DNA of 64,000 bases from an uncultured Actinomycetota bacterium (GTDB lineage: Bacteria; Actinomycetota; Acidimicrobiia; Spongiisociales; UBA5794): the NCBI GenBank assembly GCA_963715255.1, contig CAVQRN010000005.1, forward strand, positions 9,880 through 73,879, written 5' to 3'. The notes beneath the pieces are model-generated. The model saw nothing but the letters and a program-made list of their open reading frames with translations. It was not told where the DNA came from and ran no database searches. This document shows, one piece after another, positions 54,817-64,000 of the stretch. Positions within the stretch are counted from its first letter, which is position 1, and each line of letters begins with the position of its first letter. The translations under genes and the position numbers were made by a program.

Positions 54817-57800
54817 TCAGCGTTTCAGGAATGCTCGTCCCGCTTCACAGAACGAGGCGAAGTCACATCTGCGGCACGCGTCGGACGGGGTTGGCGCGAA
54901 CTCGTCATGTTCGAACTGGCGGGACAGGTCCTCGATGCGCTGCCTGGCGGTCGCCAGCCATTCGTCATCGACGTCGACCGACCGCTCCGCGTATCCACCG
55001 CCTCCGAAAAACGCGAACGTGACCGAGAGGGCACCCGGTACCGGCTCCGCGACGGTGCCGTCGGCTGCTGCGATCGCGTACGTCTGGAGTTGCACGTCGA
55101 GGGCGGGGTCGTCGGACGGACGGCCCGACTTGTAGTCGACGATCTCCCAGCGTTCCGGTTCCGGTTCGTACACGGCATCGATGCGGCCCCTGATTCTCAC
55201 CGCGCCGAAACTCAGATCGATCGGAACCTCAGCGAAACGGGCCCTTTGATCCGCGAACCGAGAGGCCAAGAAGACGTTGTAAGGATCAGCACTCGAGGCT
55301 GCCGGTTCACCGTCCCCTTCGCCGGCCAGGTCGTAGGTGACCTCCTCGGGATCATCGAACGGAACCTTCCCCAGATTGTGGAGTTCGACGCTGCGGTGGA
55401 ACCGGACGCCACGGCGGAGCGCAGGTGAAGGTCGCCGCGGGAGCCGGTCGACGAATGCCCATCGGAACTGCAGAGGGCATCGTGCGAGAGTGACAAGGCC
55501 TGTGACCGACGTGGTTTTCGCGACGGGCCGGTCTGCGACCGCCGGCTGAGGGAGTGCTTCGAGTTCGAGTCGCAGCTGGGACGCCCTGACCGTGGCGACC
55601 GGTGCGTGCTCCGGGTACGCGCTGAGCCAGTCGGGATCATTCACCGCTCGGCGGAGTATCTCATCCCACCCGGACCCGGTGAAGAGCGGATCGGGCACCG
55701 GGCCGGGAGGTTCCCACTGGGGTTCTTCGATGGGGCCGGGGTCGTCCTTCTCGACGTTCATGCCGGCGATCTCCGCCGCCATCGTGAAGAGTGGGGACGG
55801 AGTCCGGGCCGTCTTTCGTTCAGCGGTGCGGTGGGAGCCTGTGACGATGAGTCGGTGCCGCGCCCGTGTGACGGCCACGTACGCCGTCCGCCACTCTTCC
55901 GCCTCGTGATAACCCCGGAGGATTGCGTTTCGGTCTGACGGTTTCTGGGCGCCGCTCAGGTCGGGGAGGCTCTCGGCGTCGAGTCTCAGGGAGTAGGGCA
56001 GGTACTCGGCCTTGTCGATCGGGCTGGCGTACGAGCGGGACCGCGACGGGAATCCGCCATCGACGACCGACGGGATCACGACCGTGTCCCATTCGAGCCC
56101 CTTCGCCCGATGGATCGTGAGCATCGCGACCGCGGGTCCGCGGGAGATGGAGACGGTATCCAGTTCCTGCGGGGCGTTCTCATCGGACAACAGGAGGAGG
56201 TACTGCAGGAACGAATCGAGCGTGGCTCGCCCGACGACAGGTTTCCACGACTCGACGAGGTCCAGGAATCGGTACAGGTTCAGTCGGGCGGACACGGCGG
56301 CGTGGTCATCCATCGCATCGATTTCCGTCCATGCGTCCATCTCGGCCAGCACGCTGCGGCAGAGATCGGGCACCGGGACACTCTGCGCTTCTACGAGCAG
56401 TCGACCGTAGCGGCTTCGGAATTCCTCGAGACGTCGCTTCGCTTCCGGACGGCAACCGCGAATCTGCTCCCTGTGGTCGATCGCCTCGACGAGGGAGGGT
56501 TCGGCGTCGGTCCGGTGCTTGCGGTTGCGAACCCATGCGGCGAGCGGCGCCAGATCTCCGAGGCCCAATCGGTAGGCGCTTCCGAGGAGGATCCGAGCGA
56601 GGGACGTCGATTTCGACGGGTCATCCAGAACCTGCAGCCACGACAGCAGTTCGGCGATCTCCGGGACCTCCAACAGGCCTCCGACGGATGCGACCTCCGT
56701 CGGAATCCCTGCCGATAGCAGGGCCTCTCGAATCGCGGCGATGTCGCTGTTCTTGCGAACCAGGACGGCGATCTCGTTCCAGGGTGTTCCATCGTTGTGG
56801 GCTTCCTCGATCCGGGCGGCGATCCACGCCGCTTCCTCGACACGGGTCCCGAGCCATCCCGTGTCGATCTCGCCGATCCCCGCCCCGGGACGAGGCTCGA
56901 GCGGATCGAATGGTCCCTCACCATGCAATCGCCCCCTGACGCGGTTCGCGAGGTCGAGGATGACTCGGTCCGACCGCCGGTTGAGTGTGAGCGGCAGCGT
57001 TGCGGCAGCGGTGCCGTCGGGGTTCGGAAAGTGCCGGACGAAGCCGTCGAAGTTCAGGCGGGAGGCGCCCCGCCACTCGTAGATCGTTTGATCAGAGTCG
57101 CCAACGGCGGTGACGGGGAATCCGCCACTGAATATGGCGCGCAGGAGTTCTCGCTGCGCCGGATCGGTGTCCTGGTACTCGTCGAGAAGCACCACGCGAT
57201 ATCGGTCACGGATGCGCCTAGCGATGGAAGGGTGCTCCGTTACGAGCCGGTGGGCCCGCCCAACGAGATCGGCGTAGTCGACAACACCGATGTCCGCCTT
57301 CGAGTGCGAGTACGCATCCACCAGCGAGAGAAGCTCGAGACGAGTCTCCCACACCTCATCGCGAGCCTCTGTGGCGGGTGCCGCCGATCGCACGTCGGCG
57401 GCGTCGAGGAGATTGTCACCGACCTGGCCCGCAAGCGTGAATGCCTTCTCGATGATCGCGCGCGGCTTGGTCAGATCGAGATGATCGTAGGGAACAAACC
57501 CGAGCCCTTCCTCGATCAGTTGGCGCTGATGAGCGGGACCGATCACGGTGGTGTCGCGTTCCACTCCGACGAAGGCACCGAACTCTCGGAGTACTTCGTA
57601 GGCGAAACCGTGGTACGTCGCCACCTGCACCTCGCGGCCGTCGGAGGTCAGGTTGGGGAACTCGGACCGGAGGCGGTCGGCGAGTTCTCCTGCGGCCTTG
57701 TTCGTGAAGGTGATTCCGAGGGCCGATTCGGGTTCGATGCCGTCGGCTATCAATGCCTTGAGGCGGAGCACGATCGTGGTCGTCTTCCCGGTACCGGCCC

Positions 57801-57873
57801 CGGCGGCCACCCGAAGCGGAGCGAGCGGATAGTCGACGACGGCTCTCTGTTCGGCGGTCAGCCGGAAGCTCAT
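54817..57873 (-). CDS. adnB: UvrD-type helicase with C-terminal RecB-type nuclease (AdnB-like subunit)
   Basis: ATG 57873 overlaps the upstream stop (ATGA). Walker A AGAGTGKTT and motif II VLLDEYQDTD. The nuclease domain has GRIDAVYEPE..IVDYKSG, one upstream Cys (LARCPLQF), and CRRCDFASFC. Confidence 0.75.
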   Translation of the reverse strand: MSFRLTAEQRAVVDYPLAPLRVAAGAGTGKTTTIVLRLKALIADGIEPESALGITFTNKAAGELADRLRSEFPNLTSDGREVQVATYHGFAYEVLREFGAFVGVERDTTVIGPAHQRQLIEEGLGFVPYDHLDLTKPRAIIEKAFTLAGQVGDNLLDAADVRSAAPATEARDEVWETRLELLSLVDAYSHSKADIGVVDYADLVGRAHRLVTEHPSIARRIRDRYRVVLLDEYQDTDPAQRELLRAIFSGGFPVTAVGDSDQTIYEWRGASRLNFDGFVRHFPNPDGTAAATLPLTLNRRSDRVILDLANRVRGRLHGEGPFDPLEPRPGAGIGEIDTGWLGTRVEEAAWIAARIEEAHNDGTPWNEIAVLVRKNSDIAAIREALLSAGIPTEVASVGGLLEVPEIAELLSWLQVLDDPSKSTSLARILLGSAYRLGLGDLAPLAAWVRNRKHRTDAEPSLVEAIDHREQIRGCRPEAKRRLEEFRSRYGRLLVEAQSVPVPDLCRSVLAEMDAWTEIDAMDDHAAVSARLNLYRFLDLVESWKPVVGRATLDSFLQYLLLLSDENAPQELDTVSISRGPAVAMLTIHRAKGLEWDTVVIPSVVDGGFPSRSRSYASPIDKAEYLPYSLRLDAESLPDLSGAQKPSDRNAILRGYHEAEEWRTAYVAVTRARHRLIVTGSHRTAERKTARTPSPLFTMAAEIAGMNVEKDDPGPIEEPQWEPPGPVPDPLFTGSGWDEILRRAVNDPDWLSAYPEHAPVATVRASQLRLELEALPQPAVADRPVAKTTSVTGLVTLARCPLQFRWAFVDRLPRRPSPALRRGVRFHRSVELHNLGKVPFDDPEEVTYDLAGEGDGEPAASSADPYNVFLASRFADQRARFAEVPIDLSFGAVRIRGRIDAVYEPEPERWEIVDYKSGRPSDDPALDVQLQTYAIAAADGTVAEPVPGALSVTFAFFGGGGYAERSVDVDDEWLATARQRIEDLSRQFEHDEFAPTPSDACRRCDFASFCEAGRAFLKR

Positions 57874-60835
57874 GTGGCGAATGCCTCCTTGCCTTCCGGC
57901 ATGGCGGGACACAGGACCCGGAGACCGCAGCGGCCGCAGGCGGCACCGGGTCTCGGCGTCCAGTCTTCGCCGCTGATGCCGAGCGCGACGGCCGTCATAC
58001 GGTCCTCGATCGTGTCGAGATTCGAGACATCGAATGATCGTGTGGCGATCGATCGCTTCTGTGCCTCCATCGGGAACCACATCTCGGCTGCGGTTGTGAG
58101 CCCGAAGGCAGCGATATCCGGATCTTCCCGTGCGCCGATCAAGTAGAAGCCGAGTTGGAGCGAGGTCGCGGCCTCGTCGATGCTGACGAGTTGGCCCGTC
58201 TTGTAGTCGACGGCCGCCACGGATCCATCGCGCTCCTCGATGCGATCGACCCGCCCGAGCCAGTGGACGTCGCCGCGTTGCACGCTGAGCTTGGCTTCGG
58301 AACTCACCGGCGTTCCCGTGCTCGGCCACAACGAGTAGGTGTTCTTGAGAGCGGCATGGGCACGGTTCCGCCACGCCGCGTCGTAGGCGGCGCCGCCGAA
58401 GGCACCCGGCACCATCAGCTCATCGAGAACAGCGAGTGCTTCCTCGACGGTTCCGTGCCGGTCGCCGCGTTCGGTCGCCGCGTTCTCGACGCGTTCGAGA
58501 ACGGCGTGGATGAGGGTCCCGAATTCGGCGGCATTACTCGGCTCGGATCCGATGGCGAGTTTCCGTTCGAGGACGTAGCGGCGCGGGCAGGCTTCGTAGG
58601 CGATGGCCTGACTGGGGGAGAGGCGCGGGGGAGTTGTGCGACACCGGTGTCGGGGCCCGGTTCTCTGGCTCCTGCGAAGCGCATCGGTGATCGCAGGCCC
58701 ACGTCCTGTCCATGAGCCAGGGTGTGCACCGCGGCGAGGCGTTCGGGAGGAGGCAGCGATGGATCTATCACCATTCGGCGAAGCGCCGCTTCGAATTGCC
58801 GAGTCGTGATCGGCCGGTGATGCCCGGTGGGCTCCGAGACGGCCTCAGCAACGGTTGGTGCACCGAGAGCGAGAGGGAGGAATCGGCTCGGTGTCCCACC
58901 ATCGTTGTCGAAGCGGGAGTCGGTGGCCGTCCACACAACCCGGCGGGAAGCACGGGTCATCGTCGTATAGGCGAGTCTCCGCTCTTCCTGGAGTCGGAAT
59001 GCGAGGTATCCGGCCGTGTCGGTCGGCAGGTGAGGTTGGAGGTGGCGTGTCCCGAGGAGCGAGTCGCGCGTGCGGAGATCGGGGAAGACCCCTTCGACGG
59101 CGTCGGCGATGAAGACGACGTCGAAGTCGAGGCCTTTCGCCTGGTGGAGTGTGGTAACGGTGACCCGATCATGTTCGTCGGCCCGGTACGACAGGAGAGG
59201 GCTCGCTTCGAACTCCTCGATCTCGCTGTGTTTCCGGTATTCGAGCAGCGTGCCGCGTGGATTGCGTTCGTTCCACCGTTCGAGCACCTGGGCGAACGAG
59301 GACCAGGCAGCACGATCCTGTTCCCTGCTGGGGCTGGTTGCCAGATCGGCGATCTGGGGGAGCGTCGACCAGAGTTGCCACAGACCCGCAACGGCCACGT
59401 CCTTGTTCGCCCACGCGGGGTCGAAGAGCAAATCGCCGAGCGCTGCGCCATCTCTGATGCCCGATCGCACGATCGCGGCCCAGGAACGCCCACGGTCTGT
59501 CCGCTCTCTGAAGAGTTCGGCGAATTGCGACGGCGGAGTCTCGAACACGGGGCCAAGAAGAATCCGGCGCACGGCACGATCGGTCCCAATCTCCCCATCG
59601 GCGCTCGTCGCAGCCGCGACGACGTCGAGGATGAATCGGATCGCGGGTTGATCGACGAGTCGGCTGTCGGGTCGATCGTGGGGTATGTCTCTCCGCTCGA
59701 GGGATCGGGAGAGTGATGCAACGAAACGCGTCTTCGATCGAGTGAACACCGCCATCCGATCGAATGGGATGCGTTGCTCGAGGTTGAGCCTGTGGATCTC
59801 CGAAGCGATCCACTCCGATTCTTCGACCTGCTGACCGAATCGGTAGGCCTCCACGGACCCATCACCCGGTGCGGGGGCGACCCTTCCCGCCGCGCCGGGG
59901 AGTTCGTGGGCGGTGATCCGAACGGCGGCGTCGAGGATCGCCTCCGGCACGCGAAATGAGGTGGTGAGGACGAGCCGCTCGGCAGGTCGACCGTCGAAGG
60001 TGAAGTCATCGGGGAATCGAACGACGTTCTCGATGTCGGCACCGCGAAAGCTGTAGATGGACTGGTACGGATCTGCGGCGGCCGTGACGCGGCCGTGCCC
60101 GCTCACGAGACGCCGGAGCAGGACGGATTGGGCATGGGTGGCGTCCTGGTACTCATCGACGAGGACGTGCTGGTACTGGTTGCCGACGGCTTCTGCGACC
60201 GCTGGGTCGGCCAGCAGGCCGGCGGCTTCCGCAAGGAGCGTGCCGTAGTCGATCACCGCTCGATGCCGGAGCATCCGATCGTAGCGGTCGAGAAAGGTCG
60301 AGAGTCCCCGCCAATCAGCTCGATCCTCTGATCGCTCAGCAATGTCGCTTGGACCGATGAGTTGCTCGCGGCACCGAAGGACGAAGTCGGTGACCTCATC
60401 GGCGAACGTCCGAGTCGTGAGGAGGGGTCGATAGGCGGGTGACCACCGACTCGGATCCTCGGTCTCGAGGAGTTCGGCGATGAGCCGCTTCTGATCCGGG
60501 CCGGGCAACACATCGGGAGGTCGTTCCCATCCGCGATACGGCGCATAGGTCTCGAGGAGTCGGGCGGCGAAGGAGTGGTACGTCGAGACGTCCGTCGCCC
60601 GAGCGGGGCCGGCAGCTGCGGCCCGGATGCGAGCGTCGAGGTCAGTGGCGCCGCGCCGTGAGAACGACAGCACGAGCAGCGCCTCTCCGTCTCCTCCTTC
60701 GATGAGATGCGCCGCCCGCCGAACGATGAACTCCGTCTTGCCCGTACCGGGTCCACCGACGATGAGCTGTGGTCCGGGACCCGGTGCCACTCGTCGGGAC
60801 CAGTCGGCAGGGTCGACGCGGATGTCGCCGGTCAT
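57870..60835 (-). CDS. adnA: UvrD-type helicase with C-terminal RecB-type nuclease (AdnA-like subunit); reading frame broken near 58614-58631
   Basis: ATG 60835 overlaps the DUF488 stop (ATGA). GGPGTGKTE and LVDEYQDATH lie in ORF 58415..60949. The nuclease domain is in the frame of ORF 57870..58415: LSPSQAIAYEACPRRYV ... GRVDRIEE..AVDYKTG ... CGRCGLRVLC. The frames meet at two G5 runs. Confidence 0.75.
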
Positions 60836-61311
60836 CGGTCGAAGGGCAGCGGGGACTCGTGGGGTCGCGTGGAGCCGTTGGGCAGGATGTGAACAACCGC
60901 GACGCCTCGTGCCCCGAGGGCCGGCGCGATCACCGTTGAACGGTGGCACTGTTCCGCGTCGGGCTCGCGACAGAGGACGACGGTTCGCGACGCCTCAGCG
61001 ATTGCGATGAGGTCGTCGACGACGGGGCCGACTTCGGCAACTGAATCCTCGCCGAGCGTCGAGCCCATCCAGCGATATCCGAAGCCGGCTTCGGTAGCGA
61101 GCTCTTCGAGGCGGCGATGGTCGAAGTCCCGAACTCGAGGGTCGTCGCGCCGCGTGCGGACGTCGACGATCATGGAGATGTCGAGGTCGGCGAGGTCCCG
61201 CTCGACGTCGTCGAACGACCGCTCCCCGAAGCCGATGGTCCAGATCGTGGTCGTCAGACGCCACCCCCTCTGTCGTCGGTGAAGGCGGGGCAGATGTCCT
61301 GGTAGGAGCAC
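60832..61311 (-). CDS. DUF488 domain protein
   Basis: IWTIGFGERSFDDVERDLADLDISMIVDVRTRRDDPRVRDFDHRRLEELATEAGFGYRWMGSTLG fits the DUF488 pattern. The start is uncertain: the annotated ORF start overlaps the upstream gene by 57 nt. Confidence 0.65.
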   Translation of the reverse strand: MLLPGHLPRLHRRQRGWRLTTTIWTIGFGERSFDDVERDLADLDISMIVDVRTRRDDPRVRDFDHRRLEELATEAGFGYRWMGSTLGEDSVAEVGPVVDDLIAIAEASRTVVLCREPDAEQCHRSTVIAPALGARGVAVVHILPNGSTRPHESPLPFDR

Positions 61312-62060
61312 CAGTCACACAACACCCCGGTACGCGGCGGGAAGTGATCGGTCGCGATTGCCTGCTCGATTGCGTTCCACAGGGCTTCCAGCTGCCGCTC
61401 CATGGCGTCGAGTTGCCCGTCATCGATCGGGATCTCGAGGACCTTTGGGCCCGTGAGGTACATCAGACGGAGCGCGACGGGCGTTCGACCCTCCCGGATG
61501 CGGATGAGGAGTGCATAGATCTTGAGTGCGAAGAACGCCGACATCGCGAATCGCTCCGGAGGAGCTTTGCCGCTCTTGTAGTCGGTGATCACGAGACCTT
61601 CGGGCGTCTCCTCCATCCGATCGAGGATGCCGCGGATGGTCATGTCCCCGACGGCCTGAGTCATGTCGAGTTCGCGTGATAGCGGATCGATCTGGGTGGG
61701 ATCCTCCATCGCGAAGTAGTTGTTGAGGATGGCGAGACTCTCGATGCCCCAAGCACGCTCGGCCTCGATGCCGTCGAACAGATCGGGGAACGCTCGCGGC
61801 TTGAGCTCTAGCCATGCCGCTCGGAAGAGATCGGAGAGACGCTCAGGGGTTCGATCCATTGCGGGCAACTCGAAGAGCCGCTCAAGAGCGAGATGAGCGG
61901 TCGTTCCCCTTGCCTGGTACACCGTCGGCGGCGTGGGAATTCGATCGATCGCACTGAACTTGAACAGCTGAGGGCAGCGCTTGAAGTCGCCGGCCCGCGA
62001 GGGAGAGAGGCTTGTCAGGCCCACGCGGTCACTTCCGGTCTGCTGAGTGTTCGACGTCAT
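61254..62060 (-). CDS. PD-(D/E)XK (RecB-family) nuclease
   Basis: ATG 62060 (MTSNTQQTG). SLSPSRAGDFKRCPQLFKF ... GILDRME..LVITDYKSGK ... CDWCSYQDIC. Confidence 0.75.
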   Translation of the reverse strand: MTSNTQQTGSDRVGLTSLSPSRAGDFKRCPQLFKFSAIDRIPTPPTVYQARGTTAHLALERLFELPAMDRTPERLSDLFRAAWLELKPRAFPDLFDGIEAERAWGIESLAILNNYFAMEDPTQIDPLSRELDMTQAVGDMTIRGILDRMEETPEGLVITDYKSGKAPPERFAMSAFFALKIYALLIRIREGRTPVALRLMYLTGPKVLEIPIDDGQLDAMERQLEALWNAIEQAIATDHFPPRTGVLCDWCSYQDICPAFTDDRGGGV

Positions 62061-62191
62061 GGGGAGGACTATACGGGACCGGTGTGACACGAACCACAGC
62101 CGTGTAACTACCCCGGGTCGAAGAATGGGACAACGCGGGTTGGAGGGAGTCCCCCATGTGCAGCTCGATCCGGTCCGTCTAGCGTGCGGGC

Positions 62192-62446
62192 ATGCGGATT
62201 GTTCTTTCACTTCTGCGTGCGGCTGTCGGCGCGGTCTTGCTGATGGTCGGTGCCGCGGCGCTGAAGTGGTACGTGTGGGATGTTGTGATCGGGCAGGCGG
62301 GCGAGTCAGACCGGTCCATGCTCTTCTGGGGACTCCCGATCCTCTTCATCGGAATAGTCGCCGGTGCCGCAGGCGTGGGTCTCATCATCAGTGCCGTCCA
62401 CGACGTCCGGTCCCACAGCGTTCGCGGTGTCGGAGAGGGTTCCTGA
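62192..62446 (+). CDS. small membrane protein (84 aa)
   Basis: ATG start. Two hydrophobic helices (LLRAAVGAVLLMVGAAAL, FWGLPILFIGIVAGAAGVGLIISAV). No family recognised. Confidence 0.45.
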   Translation: MRIVLSLLRAAVGAVLLMVGAAALKWYVWDVVIGQAGESDRSMLFWGLPILFIGIVAGAAGVGLIISAVHDVRSHSVRGVGEGS

Positions 62447-62556
62447 TCACGGACGACCGACCACGGACCACGGAATTCGCCGCTCAGCGTGCGGTTCGCG
62501 AAACTTCAGGATCGAACGCGAAAACCAACCAGTGTTTTCGGTGGACAATGCCGCAC

Positions 62557-62880
62557 GGGGCCTCTAGTTTCTCGACTGTCGCCGGGACGGGAGACCGAAC
62601 CGGGGACCACCGGCCCGAAAGGGTCGGCCCGGAGTTCGAAAGGGCACCGGGAACGTCTGACCGGACACCCCTCGAAAGGGGCGGCGTCGACCTCGCAAGA
62701 GGTCACTGGAAGCGGCCTTCGGGCCGGGACCGGGCGGAAGGACACCTCGCCGGACGGCTTCGGCCGGATGGTGAGAGCGAACGGTCGTAAGGCCGCTCGC
62801 ACCGACGGAATCAGCCCTCCGGGGCCGGGACCGTCGGAACGAGGACACCCCGAGGGGGCGCAAGCTTCCTCGGGGTTTCT
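62557..62880 (+). ncRNA. candidate structured non-coding RNA of unknown class
   Basis: No credible ORF on either strand. There are at least 8 hairpins capped by GNRA loops (GAAA 62617, GCAA 62695, GUAA 62787, GCAA 62860) or UNCG loops (UUCG 62718, UUCG 62759, UCCG 62818). A module is duplicated (62706-62733 vs 62802-62837). A terminal 8-bp hairpin (62848-62875) is followed by TTTCT. The 5' end is not defined. Confidence 0.4.
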
Positions 62881-62967
62881 CGCGTGGACCTTTGGCCCAT
62901 GTTGAGCACGCACCTCAATACCCGATACCCAGTACTCCGCGATGCCGGGGCGGCTACACTCATCGTC

Positions 62968-63612
62968 ATGCCATGGCCTGAAGATGCACTCAGTCAAGAC
63001 GAGACGATCGTCACCGCATTCCGTCAGCACTGGAAGCTGCTCGTGATCCCGATCGGTTGGTTCATCCTGGCCATGGCGATCATCATTCTTGTATTGACGC
63101 GCGATTGGTGGCAGCCGGCCGAATGGGTCATCATTCTCGCGGTGGTCGGTGCCGGCATCTGGTTCATCGTGCGACCGGTCGTCAGTTGGGCAACGACCCG
63201 GTACGTGCTGACGACCCACCGGCTCATCACTCGCAGGGGACTCGTCGCGAAGTCGGGGATCGAGATTCCTCTCGAGCGGATCACGAATGTCAACTTCAGC
63301 CAGACCGTGTTTGAGCGGATGCTCGGCGCCGGAGATCTGCTGGTCGAGTCGGCAGGTACGGGTGGGCAGAGTGCGTTCTCGAACATCCCGCATCCCGATG
63401 CCTTCGCAACGTTGCTCTACAAGGTCCGTGAGGAACGTTCCGTGGCACTTCAGGGACGGCCACCGGCTGCACCTGCCGCACCCGCGGCGGCACCGGACGC
63501 GCCGTCTGACGCAACGGAACGACTCCAGCGGCTCAGGCAACTCCACAACGACGGTGTCCTTACCGACGCAGAATACGAAGAGAAGCGTGCCAAGCTCGTC
63601 GGCGAGATCTAG
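62968..63612 (+). CDS. membrane protein with bacterial PH (bPH_2/YdbS-like) domain and C-terminal SHOCT domain
   Basis: ATG 62968 (MPWPEDALSQDETIVTAFRQHWK) is preferred over GTG 62884. YVLTTHRLITRRGLVAKSGIEIPLERITNV is bPH_2-like. LHNDGVLTDAEYEEKRAKLVGEI is SHOCT-like. Confidence 0.75.
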   Translation: MPWPEDALSQDETIVTAFRQHWKLLVIPIGWFILAMAIIILVLTRDWWQPAEWVIILAVVGAGIWFIVRPVVSWATTRYVLTTHRLITRRGLVAKSGIEIPLERITNVNFSQTVFERMLGAGDLLVESAGTGGQSAFSNIPHPDAFATLLYKVREERSVALQGRPPAAPAAPAAAPDAPSDATERLQRLRQLHNDGVLTDAEYEEKRAKLVGEI

Positions 63613-63633
63613 CACCAAGACCCGGCGGGTTCG

Positions 63634-64000
63634 TCATCCCAGAGCGAAACGGGTGATCGTTTCGACGTGATAGGTCTGTGGGAAGAGATCGACGGGTTGC
63701 ACCCAGTCGATCCGATACCCGGAACCAACCAGGAGCGAGGCATCGCGCGCGAGCGACGCAGGGTCGCATGAGATCAGCACGATCGTCCGGGGTCCCGTTC
63801 TGGTGACGGCGGCTACCCCCTCCGAGCCGAGACCGGCTCGTGGTGGATCAACCACAGCGACGTTCCAACGGTCCTTCGCCGTCGGAGCGACGCGTTCAAA
63901 GGGGCCGAATAGCGAGCGATATCGACCAGGGATGACGTGCTCGAGGTTTCCGGTGATCGCACCGAAGGCCGCCTTCCCGGCATCGATCGTCACAACACGA
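63634..64000 (-). CDS. class I SAM-dependent RNA (uracil-5)-methyltransferase, TrmA/RumA-like, 3' part only (runs off the window)
   Basis: VVDPPRAGL ... VLISCDPASLARD ... VQPVDLFPQTYHVETI. The ORF is open to the window edge. Confidence 0.75.
   Translation of the reverse strand, partial: RVVTIDAGKAAFGAITGNLEHVIPGRYRSLFGPFERVAPTAKDRWNVAVVDPPRAGLGSEGVAAVTRTGPRTIVLISCDPASLARDASLLVGSGYRIDWVQPVDLFPQTYHVETITRFALG

Noticed and set aside
62557-62880. Known RNA classes for the structured region: tmRNA, RNase P RNA, SRP RNA, and the cobalamin, ZTP, glycine and TPP riboswitches.
   Set aside because: The opening GGGGCC..GTTTCTCGAC resembles a tmRNA 5' end only superficially, and there is no T-arm/CCA-type 3' end or tag ORF. 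None of these conserved elements was found: the GAGGAAAGUCCGG or ACAGAA elements of RNase P, a B12 box, the CCGCCUGGGC of ZTP, or the CUGAGA of TPP. These comparisons were made from memory and still need cmsearch.

Overview
This is a high-GC chromosomal segment that looks like Actinomycetota. Supporting markers are mycothiol-type Mca/PIG-L deacetylases, F420 CofC, an AdnA/AdnB-like helicase-nuclease pair, an orphan MsiK-type sugar ABC ATPase, frequent GTG/TTG starts and many ATGA stop/start overlaps. I can support about 58 protein genes, nearly all housekeeping or metabolic: cysK-cysE, pyruvate kinase, P5C dehydrogenase, ribokinase plus nucleoside hydrolase, Dtd, transporters and hydrolases. 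I saw no rRNA, tRNA, CRISPR array, transposase, integrase or phage genes, so the window reads as core chromosome rather than an obvious island.

Five things stand out:
1. A roughly 320-nt non-coding stretch (62557-62880) is packed with GNRA- and UNCG-capped hairpins. It contains an internally duplicated module with compensatory changes and ends in a terminator-like hairpin. I treat it as a candidate unclassified structured RNA.
2. An 8-nt tandem repeat family (CTACTCGG / CCGAGTAG) occurs at four intergenic loci. Two long arrays in inverted orientation bracket a 4.3-kb five-gene block, and each contains the TAG stop codon of the adjacent gene.
3. Two overlapping P-loop GTPase genes are followed by an MscS-family channel.
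4. A translationally coupled operon runs RecB-like nuclease, DUF488, AdnA-like, AdnB-like.
5. At least 12 reading-frame breaks occur in 10 otherwise intact genes, several at short homopolymers. This pattern fits assembly indel errors better than gene decay, but I cannot verify that without reads.

Start codons are often uncertain. Coordinates of non-coding elements may be off by a base or two.
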